A stretch of 63,141 nt of DNA, counting the filler, from Folioceros fuciformis (Eukaryota): NCBI GenBank assembly GCA_049999805.1. It is 5 parts of 5 records of this genome, joined end to end, with 100 filler letters (N's around TTAATTAATTAA, not from the genome) between each part and the next. Parts side by side here need not be neighbours in the genome. Positions count along the whole stretch, not along the records: positions 22,534 to 45,187 come from JBNGIO010005939.1; positions 45,288 to 55,873 come from JBNGIO010005941.1; 3 more parts are not named here. The stretch is one strand, 5' to 3'. This document shows, piece after piece, positions 39,933 through 52,118 of the stretch. Both the position numbers and the translations under genes were made by a program. How positions within the stretch are numbered: position 1 is the first letter of the stretch; the number at the start of each line of letters is the position of its first letter. The notes under the pieces are model-generated. The model was given only the letters and a program-made list of their open reading frames with translations. It made no database searches and was not told where the DNA came from.

Positions 39933-42900
39933 ATGTACGCTGTGGGACGGTACATATCGCAGGGAGTGTATACTGTTGCCGGCCCCTTTCACCCGTTCGG
40001 TGGTGCAGTGGACATAATTGTTGTTGAGCAGGAGGATGGCACCTTCAAGAGCACACCCTGGAATGTTAAGTTCGGCAAATTCCAGGGAGTTCTCAAACGG
40101 AGTGAGAAGATTGTGGACATCGCCGTTAACGATGTTGCAGCTCGTTTCCACATGCACATGGATCGGAAGGGGGAGGCCTACTTTCTTAAGGATGTGGATG
40201 GAGGGAATAAAGAGAACAAGGTGTTGTCGCCCCCGAGTAATCCGTCTTCAGGAGATGAGACCACGGTGGAGCCACTGGCTATCGAAGATTCTAAGCCAGA
40301 AGAGGATCAGGCAGCGAAGGTGGCCTGGCAGACTGCTGCAGATGAAGAACTTAGGAAGCAGCTGGAAACTGCCGCTGAGTTTGATTTGAAGGAGCTTATT
40401 GAGGAGGATGCTGAAACAGAGGACCGGGGGAAGGGTAGTTTGGTGCTCAGGACGCAGAACTCAGCGGGCTTGCCTCAGCAGTTGGAGGTTGTTGTCGGAT
40501 TCCCGGATGAGGAAAGCCTGAACGCTGTACGGATGGAGACAAAGGCTTCGGCGAATCTTCAGACACTGGGTGATAATCCGTCCGTGTCCGAGAAGGAGCC
40601 AGTTGAAGGTGATTCTATGCAGGTTTCCGCTGGTGAGCAAGCAGTATCAGTGCCACTTAGGGATTTGGAGACATCAGAGGCAAGCGGGCAGGGGTGTGAC
40701 TCGAGTCCTCTTTCGACTTCCGGCAGTGCTCTTCAAAACGCTGTTGGAGTCTTAGTAGCAACTAGGGCTCCCACAGAGGGAACTGGGGATAAGACAAGTA
40801 CTGCAATACATTCTTTGCTGAACAGAGCGGTTGGACTGAACTCTCCTTTGACAAGGCCAGCTACAGCGCTTGTTGCAAATGCTGCATTGAACTCCTTTAC
40901 CAATGCAGTCTCACGTGCTGATATTTCTGCCGGGAACAATCACAAGACTAATGCACCTCATGAGCAGAAAGTGGAGAAGTTCGAATCGGCATCTGAGGTT
41001 GCCGCTTCTCATGAGCCGAGCAAGGATTCTCACTCTGTGACTGTTAATGGCATGGATGAAGCAAGCCTCACAGCGGGTGTTCCTGTTAACGAGGATGAGA
41101 CGGCAGCCATGGAGAATCCTGTTGCCTCAGGGTCGGAGATCACGGAGGAGGAAGCAGTCAAGGGCCCAGAACAACAGGTTGTTGATCCTGATTCAGCTAG
41201 TCAATTAGCTTTGGGCTCTAGCGCCCCTGGTGTCTCAGGGGTTGAGATATCACTATGTGGGCATCTGCTGACAGAGGGCATGGGTGTGGAGGCTGCTGCC
41301 AAAGCATTTAACTCGGCCATTGTAGCTTTGGATACCTTTAGGAAGTCACCAGGCACCATCACTGCAAATCCCAGACTAGTCGTCAAGCTCTGTGGGCACT
41401 ACTACCCTTGGACTACAGCAGCGCCGACAGTATTAGGAATGCTTGCCTTTGGTCAGGTTATCATTCCTGAGACGAACTTTGGAGGTGCCATCAAGGTTGA
41501 GGCCACTGAGAATAAACCTGCAACCGGCACGTTGGTTTCAACTGCGAGTGGTGGATGGACACTTTGGCCTTTTACAGGTAGAAGACAAAAGACTCCACAG
41601 AAAGGTAGTATCCCACCATTGACAAGTGAAGAGCTACTAGTTGCGACAGGCATTGCAATTGAGAACCCTTTGACTCAGGACCTTCTGAGAAAGAACGGCT
41701 ATTACAAACGGTTGAGGGAGAACGATTTGCGAACAAATATTCCGAGTTCAGAACAGCTTGCTACATTGAATTTGAAGGAGGGAAAGAACACAATAACTTT
41801 CACCTTCATGACCCGGGTACTTGGCAAGCAACAGGTGCGTGGGCTTTCACTCTTCTCAGTTTTGCCTGTCTAAGTCAGATGTCCTGTGAAGAAACTGTTA
41901 TGGTTCAATTGCTTTCAGCTAAGTGATTATGATTTAAATCTGTGTGCGGGTAATTGGTGTTGGTCCACTCGTTGCCCTCCCTGTGTTTTGTTGCGGTGTG
42001 ATGCGAGTAAGTTCTTACCTGAAGATGTGAGTAAGTTCTCATCTTCAGGTGAGAGTGCAGCTTTAATGGTCTGTCGTCGCGCTTTCTCAGGTGGACGCTC
42101 GCATTTATTTGTGGAAATGGAATACCAGGGTGGTGATCTCAGATGTAGACGGGACTATCACAAAGTGAGTCTTGGGACTCACTGCTTCGGTGACGGCTTT
42201 GTCCACGTGTTTGTGACTTACCCACATTCACAAAACATGGTCACTTGTACTAGGCCCTGAAATGGCCACTTTAGGCCCTAGAGTGCGTTGCTGTTGGGTT
42301 CGCCTGATGTGGTCCTGTGTTGTCTGCTGTACAGGTCGGATGTTTTGGGACAGGTGTTGTTTCTTGTTGGCAAGGATTGGACTCAGTCTGGAGTAGCAAG
42401 ACTCTTTTCTGCTATCAAGGTTGGTTCCTTGGTTGACCCTAAAAAGGGACGTTGGAAGTATTCTCAAGCATGTCTCAGAAGCGCGGACGTACTTGCATGC
42501 GCCAGCCAGAGTGCTGTGCTGATCATCATTCCATGTTTTTGTTGATTTCTGTTGCATAACAGGAAAATGGTTATGAGCTTATGTTCCTGAGTGCGCGTTC
42601 AATCTCCCAGGCCTACATTACCCGCCAGTTCCTTTTGAACTTAAAGCAGGTACCCAATTATTAGGCGTTTCCGCGAAGAGTGTTGTATAAGATGTCCCAA
42701 TTGTCCGACAAGCAAGAGAACGTACTAACTTCACCTTTTGTAGGATGGAGAACCCCTCCCAGATGGACCAGTTGTAATCTCACCTGATGGACTGTTTCCA
42801 TCCCTTTACAGAGAAGGTCAAACCACCATGGCAAAGTGAATTTCAGTAGGAATTGATGAACGTGATTTTACAAAACCATTTTGCTAGACTTCTTGCCTAA

Positions 42901-43791
42901 AATCAGCCCTATCTTTGAATGTTTTGTGACTGCCAGTTATTCGAAGAGCGCCTCACGAATTCAAGATTGCATGCCTGCAGGTGAGCTTTGTTTGTGTGGA
43001 CATTTTCTTTTTTCACTGAATAATGGCGTCGTCATGTCATCGCTGTTTGGTATGAAGAAAGGTGTGGTGGATTTTTCATCACGTGGTTGGAACTACAATC
43101 AGACTGGAGTTGCCTCTGGCACGTTGCAGGAAATTAGGTCTCTCTTTCCGTCTGAATGTAACCCATTTTATGCGGGATTTGGAAATCGAGACACTGATGC
43201 AATCAGCTATCTGAAGGTGGGGATTCCGAAGGGCAAAATATTTATCATCAACCCAAAGGTGCCCACGCTTTCTATGACCTGTTAAGTGTTTGTAGAATTT
43301 GTAAATGCTGATTGCCCAGGCTGAGGAAAATGAAATGCACAATGTATCAACAGGGTGAAGTAGTAGTAAACAACCTTGCTGACGTGCGAACTTACACCTC
43401 TCTTCACAAGCTTGTTGACGACATGTTTCCAGCAAAGACAACATATTTACTGGTAGGATCCTGTCCATTTGTTTGCACCCCAGGAGTGTACATGGGGCAT
43501 GAAGCTTTGTACGCAGGGAAAGGTGGTTGGTGTTGGCTAATGGTGAAAAGTAATGTGAGTCACAGGAAGACTACAATTCCTGGAATTTTTGGAAGATGCC
43601 CCTTCCTGACATCGAAGATGAATTGAGCAGCAACAGCAAAAGGTATGTGGGCTAGGGCGCTCTTGAACCTACAACTTCATGTCATTTTCAGTCATCACAC
43701 ATTGCATTCTAGTTGTGGCTGCGTAATAACGATGACACTGGTTGTGGGTGTGTGCAGTTTAGCCCTTACCACTAAGAAAGGTGTCAAGTGA
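39933..43791 (+). CDS. PAH: Lipin-type phosphatidate phosphatase (PAH1/PAH2 family)
   Basis: [45 protein letters not shown]; middle domain [18 protein letters not shown], catalytic [15 protein letters not shown] (DxDxT intact), [25 protein letters not shown]. Confidence 0.95.
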
Positions 43792-45664
43792 CGTGGGTGA
43801 GACAGCCTGACAATATACGAACTTGTCGCTCGAGTCCGGGTTACTGGAGCAGTTCAGGTTCATTGTACAGTATGTGATGGCGATTGTCACTGCAGTGATC
43901 CGGAACTTGTAGAACGGTGTAGAGCGGCGCATTGGCTATCATTGTTAGAGCTTGGGTCCTTATTGGGTCCCTTATTGAGATGTGTGTTCACGTGAGGCAG
44001 ACATTCGCACCCCTACCTTATTCACGGTGAGTGACACAGCATTGCTGTCATCCCTTGAATGGCAGATGAGAAATTGTGCTGCCATCCAAGCTAAGGTGTG
44101 TGCCTGAGGTTGCGCTTGAGAGGTGACAAGAAGAAGCTGACTCTTAGCAGCCGAGCCAATGACCTTGTGAGGGCTGGAAGCAGGCCAGCACGAAAGACGC
44201 GAGTTCCCCCGCAGACCCTCCTCGGGAGGCCGGCGAAGGTTGGTGGGTCCGGTCTATCTGTCATATTATAAGAAATTGCATTAATATATCGTCTCGTGCT
44301 TTCATTGCCTTCAACTTGTTGGGTGATAGTGACATAGGTCTACAGAGGTGCAGCATCCCTGCGGATGATGGCCCCGGGGCCGGACTCCTCCCTCTGCCAC
44401 CCAGAATAAAATAACACATGGATCTGAATCCGCGAGCGGCCCAAAGTACAAATCTCCTAATCCTTGCATACTAACCCAGGTATGATGCGAATGATGAATT
44501 GTTCTCCGCTTGTTTTTCCTGCTACCAGAAGGCAAAAGCAGTGTGTACATGATTGGGCGGGGCGGCCGCATCTTTGCTTCTTTTTGCTCCTACATTCCGC
44601 AGCTGCTGGCTGCTGCAGCTGCTTCTACTCCTGGGTCCCATACACACCTCACTTTCACACGCGCCGCCACAAGATCGAGCCCGGATCATGGTTGCTGTCA
44701 TGTCATGCCCCTGTTCTCCTGCTGTGGAGTGCGCCTGAAGCTTTCTCGGGTCAGGGACGCGGGACCCAGGACCGAGGCCAGGGTACTCTTCACTGTCTTG
44801 TTCTTGTGCTGCATACACACATTAGTTCCTTCCTTCCTTCCTTCGTTCTTCCTTTCCTCTGCTGCTCTGTTTTGTGTGCCTGTCTATGCCTGTGTTTCTT
44901 TGTGTGTGTTTGTACAGTACAGACAAAAGGGTGGTGGAACAAAGGGCAGCCCAAAGCTGCTGCCCGCTCTGCAGGGACCTGGAAAGGAATAAGGATGCCC
45001 TGGGCTCCACAGATGCTGGATGGCGATGCTGGGCAATGGCCATACTGGCCCATTCTTTGCCCTTTTTTTTATAGCTGTACACATGTTTATCGGATGAGAT
45101 GCCGGCGGTGGCCATGCAACAGATCCGTGGCCAGGCCACCTACCTTTGATACATGGCTTGCAAGACGCTCGTGCACTGACCAACAGCNNNNNNNNNNNNN
45201 NNNNNNNNNNNNNNNNNNNNNNNNNNNNNNNTTAATTAATTAANNNNNNNNNNNNNNNNNNNNNNNNNNNNNNNNNNNNNNNNNNNNAAGAAGCCTGCCA
45301 ATCCATGCCAATGTCTCAAGGATTGCTCGCAAATGACCTTCCTTACAAGATGCAAGCTAATATCACTCAGAGTTTGATTGAAGATAGGGTTACAGTAGCA
45401 TAATTAAGCCGCCACTTGAATATGAACGTTTGATCACGATAACAAATAGTTGTTGTTGGTCTGAAACGACGCTTACAATCGTTGTTGTGGCATAAATGCT
45501 GAAGATGTAGTTCAAACACCCTTGCTATTTCATGAAACAAAAATTCAACTTCACATTTGACTTCAGATCTCATCGTTCAATGCTTAAGACATCCTTCTCT
45601 CCTTCTGAATCAGACCAAGTGTTTTTGAGTTCCATCATTCACAGGCTCTCCAGCGCAATCGACG

Positions 45665-46735
45665 ATGGTAGCTGGTCGACGGAGCAACAAGCAACTGAAT
45701 GCGGCCATTGACATGCAAGCATTGGAGGCACCACCAAGGTTGAAGAAACCACGATAGGGTGCGAAAGCTTCAGCTTGCACTACCTCTGGCCCATTTATGG
45801 AAAGAGATAGCCATCGGCGACCAGCGATCACAATAAGGGATGTTACACCACAGCCACCAGCTGTTACACTAAGGAAAGACAATTCTGCCGGGAGCGTCCG
45901 TGCCTCAAACAACAAAGCTAGCAAAGTTCATATTAACCGTGTTCCTGTGAATGTGACTCAAGATGGCAGCACGGGTGGTAGCCAAAAACCACAACATTCC
46001 AAATGCGTTCAACTTTGTTGAGCGTTTGAAGCTAAAAAAGCTTGAAGACACGCTTGCCAAAAGATTCAACACAGACAAAGAGTGGTTTTTAGTCATAGAA
46101 GAGGAGCCAGAAGAATGCAATTTGCCCTGGGTGCCGCTGGTGGCTCTGTGGGTTAATGGTTTCCAAGGCTTGCAAGACGATGAGGCAAGGAAGCCTGGAT
46201 GGATTCTGTGTGCATCTGTTGACGGCGTGGAAGAGGAAACCCATGTCAATTTCATATGCACGCGGCACCCACCAAGCCATATCACCGATGACTACGATAG
46301 CCACAGGCTTATTGTAGTCAACGTCACGAAACTGTGCCACGGCGCTGTGAACCGATGTGGCTAAAAATCGCTTTGAAAGATTGCTTGAATGTGGAAGATG
46401 TTAGTATTTATTTGGTGTAATGTTGGTTTGTGTTTATAAACCCAGCATAACGCAACCCTAAAATTTCCATTATGTGTTTCCTGCAGGGAGGCGAACAGTT
46501 CTGTCAAACTATTTTGCGCTGTGTTGCTGATTGCATTATGAAGAATCGTGCTCTAGCATCGAGAATCACAGGAGAGCGCTAGAGGGTATCACTCCAAGCA
46601 GAGTTCGGCCCCATCTCATAAAGGCCAACGGAGAGGGTTGAGAGACCGGTGGAGATGCCACGCATGTAGCCAGAGCTTTCGGAAGACGACCTCCCTGACC
46701 CTGAACAGCTAAGCGGTGAGGAGGAGAAAGAGATG
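45665..46735 (+). pseudogene. Disrupted, apparently spliced ORF of unknown function upstream of the methyltransferase
   Basis: ATG 45665 MVAGRRSNKQ..KKPR*GAKAS.. runs in frame into ORF 45797; a frameshift leads into ORF 45963-46364 (KRFNTDKEWFLVIEEE..WVPLVALWVNGF..). A probable intron ends at cctgcag 46487, and an acidic stretch runs into an N-gap. Confidence 0.45.
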
Positions 46736-46869
46736 NNNNNNNNNNNNNNNNNNNNNNNNNNNNNNNNNNNNNNNNNNNNNNNNNNNNNNNNNNNNNNNNN
46801 NNNNNNNNNNNNNNNNNNNNNNNNNNNNNNNNNNNCTCCAGCCACTTCTACACGAAATTAGATTGGGGG

Positions 46870-46897
46870 GGAGTGCGCCGGTCTACCGACGCACTCC
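46870..46897. repeat. GC-rich palindrome/hairpin, copy 1
   Basis: ggagtgcgccggt-ct-accgacgcactcc; its reverse complement matches the copy at 48333-48358 with 2 mismatches over 26 nt. Confidence 0.8.
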
Positions 46898-47116
46898 AGC
46901 CACGAGAAGAGTTTTTCTCTTTACAGTTTAGGATCAATGTAGTTCTCGATTTATAATTGTGCTTGTAGTGTGGTTGTTCTGACCAAACTGTTTGTTGGCA
47001 GAAACCCGCAAACGTAAACGACCTTGAATCATTGCCGAAGCCTTTCCAAGATTATGTGTATTCAGCGAGAAACTGGAAGCGCATGGGAGAGGAAAAATAG
47101 AAACTCGCTGACGCAG

Positions 47117-48161
47117 ATATGGATGCAAGATTATCGAAGCTTAGGGTCCCAAGCAGCAACCAGAAGACTAAGTATCAAGTAATCCAGCGAAACGTTTTGG
47201 AGATGAATGCATTTTTGGTAAAACGACCTTATACTCTATTATTCGTTGATTTGCCTCGCGGACTGGAACGCCATGGATTCGATTGGCAGCTAACAAGCGA
47301 AGAGCTTGAAGACTTGATCAGAGGGTTTTCAGAATGCACAAGCAGTAATGTTTATAGGATGGTCCTCATGCATGGCATGGACCTCATTACACAGGCTAGG
47401 GAAGCACTTTGGCCATGGTGCAAGAAGGGCACCATACAGACATTTATATGGGAGAAGACCAATATTCCTCCCAATGCAGGGCAGTTGAGACTGTGGAGCA
47501 TTTAACTATTGGAAGTGCAAGTCACTTTGAAGCTCAGACCACAAAAGCTACTTTATTCGCGAATCAGGGATTTCTTTTGCCGAGAGTTATAAGGCATGGA
47601 GCTGTGGTTAAAAAACATCTATTCCACTCGGTAGATTCTATGGTCGTCTCGCCGTATCAAAAGCCTCTTGGGTTAATGGGTATGCTGGTCAATATGTTTT
47701 CGGCTGAAGGAGATTGGGTAGTGGATGCGTGCGCAGAATCTGGGTCGTTCCTTCAGGCTGCGATTCAAAGACGAAGGCATGGTGTCGCGATGAACATTGA
47801 TACACGATGCACGACTTATATGATGTAGAGAGTGAATGGCATAGGCTCTTTGTCAGACGCTGACGAGGAGATCAGCACAAACCACTTCTCGCACGGGCCC
47901 ACGAAGTTTAGGGCCAAAGAAGCCTACTCGGACGGTAGCGTGGATCGTCGTATGCAGGTATTCAGTTTGCTGGGGGAAAAAGGAGAGATATTTTCTCAAT
48001 CAGACGACAAACCAGCAGAAGATCTGTATGCGATGACGATATGGGATGAGAATGGCACACTTCCGCCTCAAACTGTGGACAACCCAAATTTCTCTGTCCT
48101 AGACGTGGAGGGCCCAAATTTCTCTGTCCTGTCACAGAGGGCCAACGCCTCAAAGATGTAG
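47117..48161 (+). pseudogene. Degenerate beta-class N4-cytosine/N6-adenine DNA methyltransferase (N6_N4_Mtase-like)
   Basis: Motif order IV-...-X-I, as in beta-class enzymes: LLFVDLPRG (cf. DPPYG), FIWEKTN..VEHLTIG, PYQKPLGLMGMLVNMFSAEGDWVVDACAESGSFLQAA..RRHGVAMNID (cf. HPTQKP..L..LI...S..GD.VLDPFxGSGT...AA...R...G.EI). One frameshift near 47490 and an in-frame TAG at 47826 before an acidic tail. Acceptor ctgacgcag| at 47116. Confidence 0.8.
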
Positions 48162-48332
48162 ATATAGTTGTCGATTCCGAGGCCAACCAAGACGTTCATG
48201 TTTTGGTGTAGAGGTGATTTGGAGAGTAGATGAAGTCCATGGTACATTATGCCTATATTTAAATTCGACTGTTAAACCCGTTAAATTCATAGCATGCAGA
48301 TAGCCAACTTCCTGTCACCCAAACATATTGTT

Positions 48333-48358
48333 GAGTGCGCCGGTAGACCGGCGCACCC
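48333..48358. repeat. GC-rich palindrome/hairpin, copy 2
   Basis: gtgcgccggt-ag-accggcgcac, with perfect 10-bp arms (48335-48356). Confidence 0.85.
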
Positions 48359-48891
48359 GAAGTACGATTCGTTTTTTCTGGAAATTTTCATAGTTCTAAT
48401 AACTTATGTACCAGTTGGTTGGGGGCTGAAAGCAAATTTGTGGAGATGGATGGCATCCACCACAAGTCAAAACAAGTGTTTTTTTTTTTAAACGGCTTAA
48501 ATGTGGATATGTGACTATGATGGTATAAATTCAAATGTGCACCAAACGGGCTTCATAGAATACGACCATCCCTATATGAGACCTATAGATGCAAGGTGTC
48601 TTCAACTGTCATCAAGCGGAAACAGCTATTTGAATTATATGTTAGTTGCTTCATGTTGACTCCTATATTTGACAACACCTTCGTCTTCCATTATTTTTGT
48701 TGAAACGAGGAGGGCATTCAAGGGAATGTGGATCGCTCATGTTGTTTGTATCCATAATCACTGCATAATGGTACTCAAGCTCTATTCCCGTTATTGGTGA
48801 GTACTCTACTAACACCTACATGCTACAACACTACTACAATTTCAAACTCACACATTACTCTACAATACAACAAGCGCCATTGTGCTATATG

Positions 48892-51600
48892 TGTAACACC
48901 TCCCACTCGAAACAAATATTGAAGAATAACTGGAAAAAACAATTTCAACATTTTCGGGGCTACACCAAATAACACCCAAGGACATTAAGCAAAACATCCG
49001 GAACGTAAGGCATGAAGGTGCAAGTCTACACTTTCACACCCCGAGCTCATGAGCTGGGCAACAAGACATGGACAACAAGCAATCGGAGGGTGGATTTTTC
49101 AGGAGATAAGAGTGAATGTAGGCATGAGGTCATCGCATGGTTGTCATGAGGTAGCCATGAGTGCGACACCGCAATTGCAAGCTAGGCAAGCACACACCTT
49201 GAGCTAAAGAGCTGGGCAATGCCATCAGCAACAACAAGCAAGACATGTTTGGAGGACTTTTTAGCAACCACATTGGACAGGGGGAACTACAGCAAGATCG
49301 AGATAGCCATGAGGTCCCCGTGATTACAGGCTAAGCAAGCACACACCTTGAGCTCAAGAGCTAGGCAACACCATCAGGGACAACAAGCAAGATAGGTTTT
49401 GAGGACTTTTTTGGCGACCAGATTAGACAAGGGGAATAGTGCCGAGATCAAGGTAGCCTTGAGGTCCCCATGATTACATGCTAGGCAAGCACACCGTAAG
49501 CAACATGGAAGCCCTGCTGAAGAGGATAGCCAAGTAGACTACGACCACCCTATATCCAAGTACCTCTTAGAGGTAAGGGCTTAGAGGTGCACAATTGAAG
49601 TTGTGCTCCTCAACCTTTTTGGAGATAGTGTGATACAGGATGTGTGCCCTACAGGAAGCAATCAAGTAGGAGCACGAATATTCCTCGGCATGAAAACAAC
49701 TATAGGTTATCACTTCAATCTCATGAGTCAAGGGTTTCTTGATCAGATGCTACGGCGGCTAGTGGGTGTGGAAGGTGGATTGAGAGGAGAGGAAGGGGAG
49801 GCAATTCTACAAGGCACACGGATGTGGATCCAAGTTTGGTTTTGTGAGCTTATGATGTGCAGGGTTTGAGATAGCACTCTGTTCCTTGCAAGCGAGGTTG
49901 CCTAGCCTCCAAGGAGGCATGAAGGCAAACTCGAGGGGCACCCGTTTCAACACGCACAACACAAGATGCTACATGCATTGTGTCTTTGATATATCAAAGG
50001 CTCCAACAACCTTGAATTTTTAGTTCGCTGAAGGAATTGCCGAATAAACACAAACAGTTCAACAAATCCTTCACACGAGGGAGGTGTCTCGCAACACCAA
50101 CCACTCCATACTACGAGTGATCATACGCTGATAAGTCATTGGACTGCAAGTACCCCATGTCACAGCATCTACTCCATTTGCCCCATGTGCGGAGATGGTC
50201 ACATGTGTGCCCCCTACGAATTTGGCTATTCCATGCCATCCATGATGCACTTCAAGTGGTTATGTGAATTTGCTTTCAGAGGATGTGCCTCCTTCACACC
50301 CATCATGAACACTATCACACCCTCATTGCTAACCATGCACTAAGCCTAAGATGAAGGGCGTGTTGTGTGTTTTTTCTTCTTATGAAGGATCTACAGTCAA
50401 TGAAGGAGTCTCAAAGCAAAAGAGCAAGTTGACAACCATTCTTGGTGACCACTTGATCCGTATTAGGTCGTCACCAAGAATGGTTATCAACTTGCTAGCT
50501 AGGAGAGTTGGCAAAAGTCAACATACAACCAAAAGTGTACAACGCATGGTCCTGCCTTGACAAATGGTTTAGGACCGATGTGTGGCCTTGAATGTCCTCA
50601 AAGGTTTCACAATCCTCTCAACTCTTTTGAATGATTTCCATCTTGTGAGAACATTTCCGAATGTCATATCCCACCTAACCTAGTTTTTGCTTATCACTGA
50701 TTAAGGCTTGATTGATCTCCTTTACTATAGCATGCAACTTGTCATATGTCTATTGGATTATGTACGTTCTTGGTACTTCATTCTCAATGCCCTCTGTAGG
50801 TAATATATTTGGGTCCAATTCATCTCCATGATCAATACGAATGTAGTGCAATATTGCACATTCATAAGAAACCTCGGTGAAGTAGTTGATGTTCCCCTGC
50901 CAGATATTTCTTCCCAATATTTGCCATACTTTTTTTCAATGCTCCAAAAGCAGGTTCAACAACCATTCTTGTAGATGAATGCTGGTGATTAAAGGACTCC
51001 ATATTACACAATAAACCTCAACCATTCTTGTGTATCAATGCTTATAATTAAAGGACTCCATATTACGCAATAGACTTATACATGGGAAAAGAATAACAAA
51101 CCAAGGCAATAAAAGATAACTTGCATCACCTATTATGTATTCTCTTATGGCTTGTTCACCAACTATGACGACCTCTCTATTTAGTCTTCTACTTGCATTT
51201 CCCAAATGATAAAATTACCTATTATAGAAAATACATATGTCATTATTTGCTCTTGGCCACCGTGTAATAATGTCCAAGAATTCCCAAATGATAAAATTTC
51301 CTATTACACAAAATATTAGTTGCTCTTGGTCGCCTTGTAACAATGTCCAAGAATTTCTTGTCAGGCCCTACAATGGCTTGCATTGCCATACTATAGCCTT
51401 TGTATCATTCACAATATTCCCATGAGTTTTCCTTCATGGGAAGCTCCATCTTGAAGTGAGTTGCATCCAAATTCGTCCAGTATGGTTTGTGAAGTTCCTC
51501 GCTAGATATGATTCGTGGAGTTCCTTAAAGTAGATAGCTCCACGTTGTACTCGGAGCCACAGGCTAGCGAGCTTGGTGGATTATGGGGGTTCGAGCTGCA
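48892..51600. mobile_element. Degenerate LTR-retrotransposon-like remnant with a ~149-bp internal tandem repeat
   Basis: Begins TGTAACACC, a typical LTR start. Two and a bit diverged copies of gcta(g/a)gcaagcacacaccttgagct..gaggtcccc(g/a)tgattaca lie at about 49181-49494. No intact ORFs; the right boundary is uncertain. Confidence 0.45.
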
Positions 51601-52118
51601 GGACGGATTTTCTGTGGGATTTTCTTGTCCCATCCAGGACATGGGATTTTCTTGTGCTATCCAGGAATTTTGTTTCTCAATGTGCTGACTGTCGAGTTAA
51701 AGGCACGTACTTTAGGACCCCATGCGATTGAGTAGCATCTTGTATCTACAAATTCCCCATCATGCTCTGAGTCACAAGCCCCAATATCCAAATTAGCAAG
51801 AACCAAATATAAGTTGGAGCGAATGTTCAAGTCCTGACAAAATTAATAAGAAGGTGTAAATCAATTACATTTAAGTAATTACATCATTATTTATTATCAA
51901 GAAGAAGTAAGTTAATTAAGAAACCAACTAGACTTAAACTAGCTGTTGAAAGGACATGACCTTTAGCTAGAGACACAACCCTAGCGAAGCGACAAGTAGC
52001 TAAAATGAAAACCATATCCCTATTCACACTAGCTACATATGAAACGAAACCCTAAGCAATGATTCAATACACTATCTTCCATTAAGTCCTTGGTGGTAGA
52101 CATCGAGCAGCTTCAATG

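Noticed and set aside
44464-45187. 259-aa Cys/Leu-rich ORF
   Set aside because: Low-complexity composition, partly translated through Ns; it resembles a retroelement leader rather than a gene.
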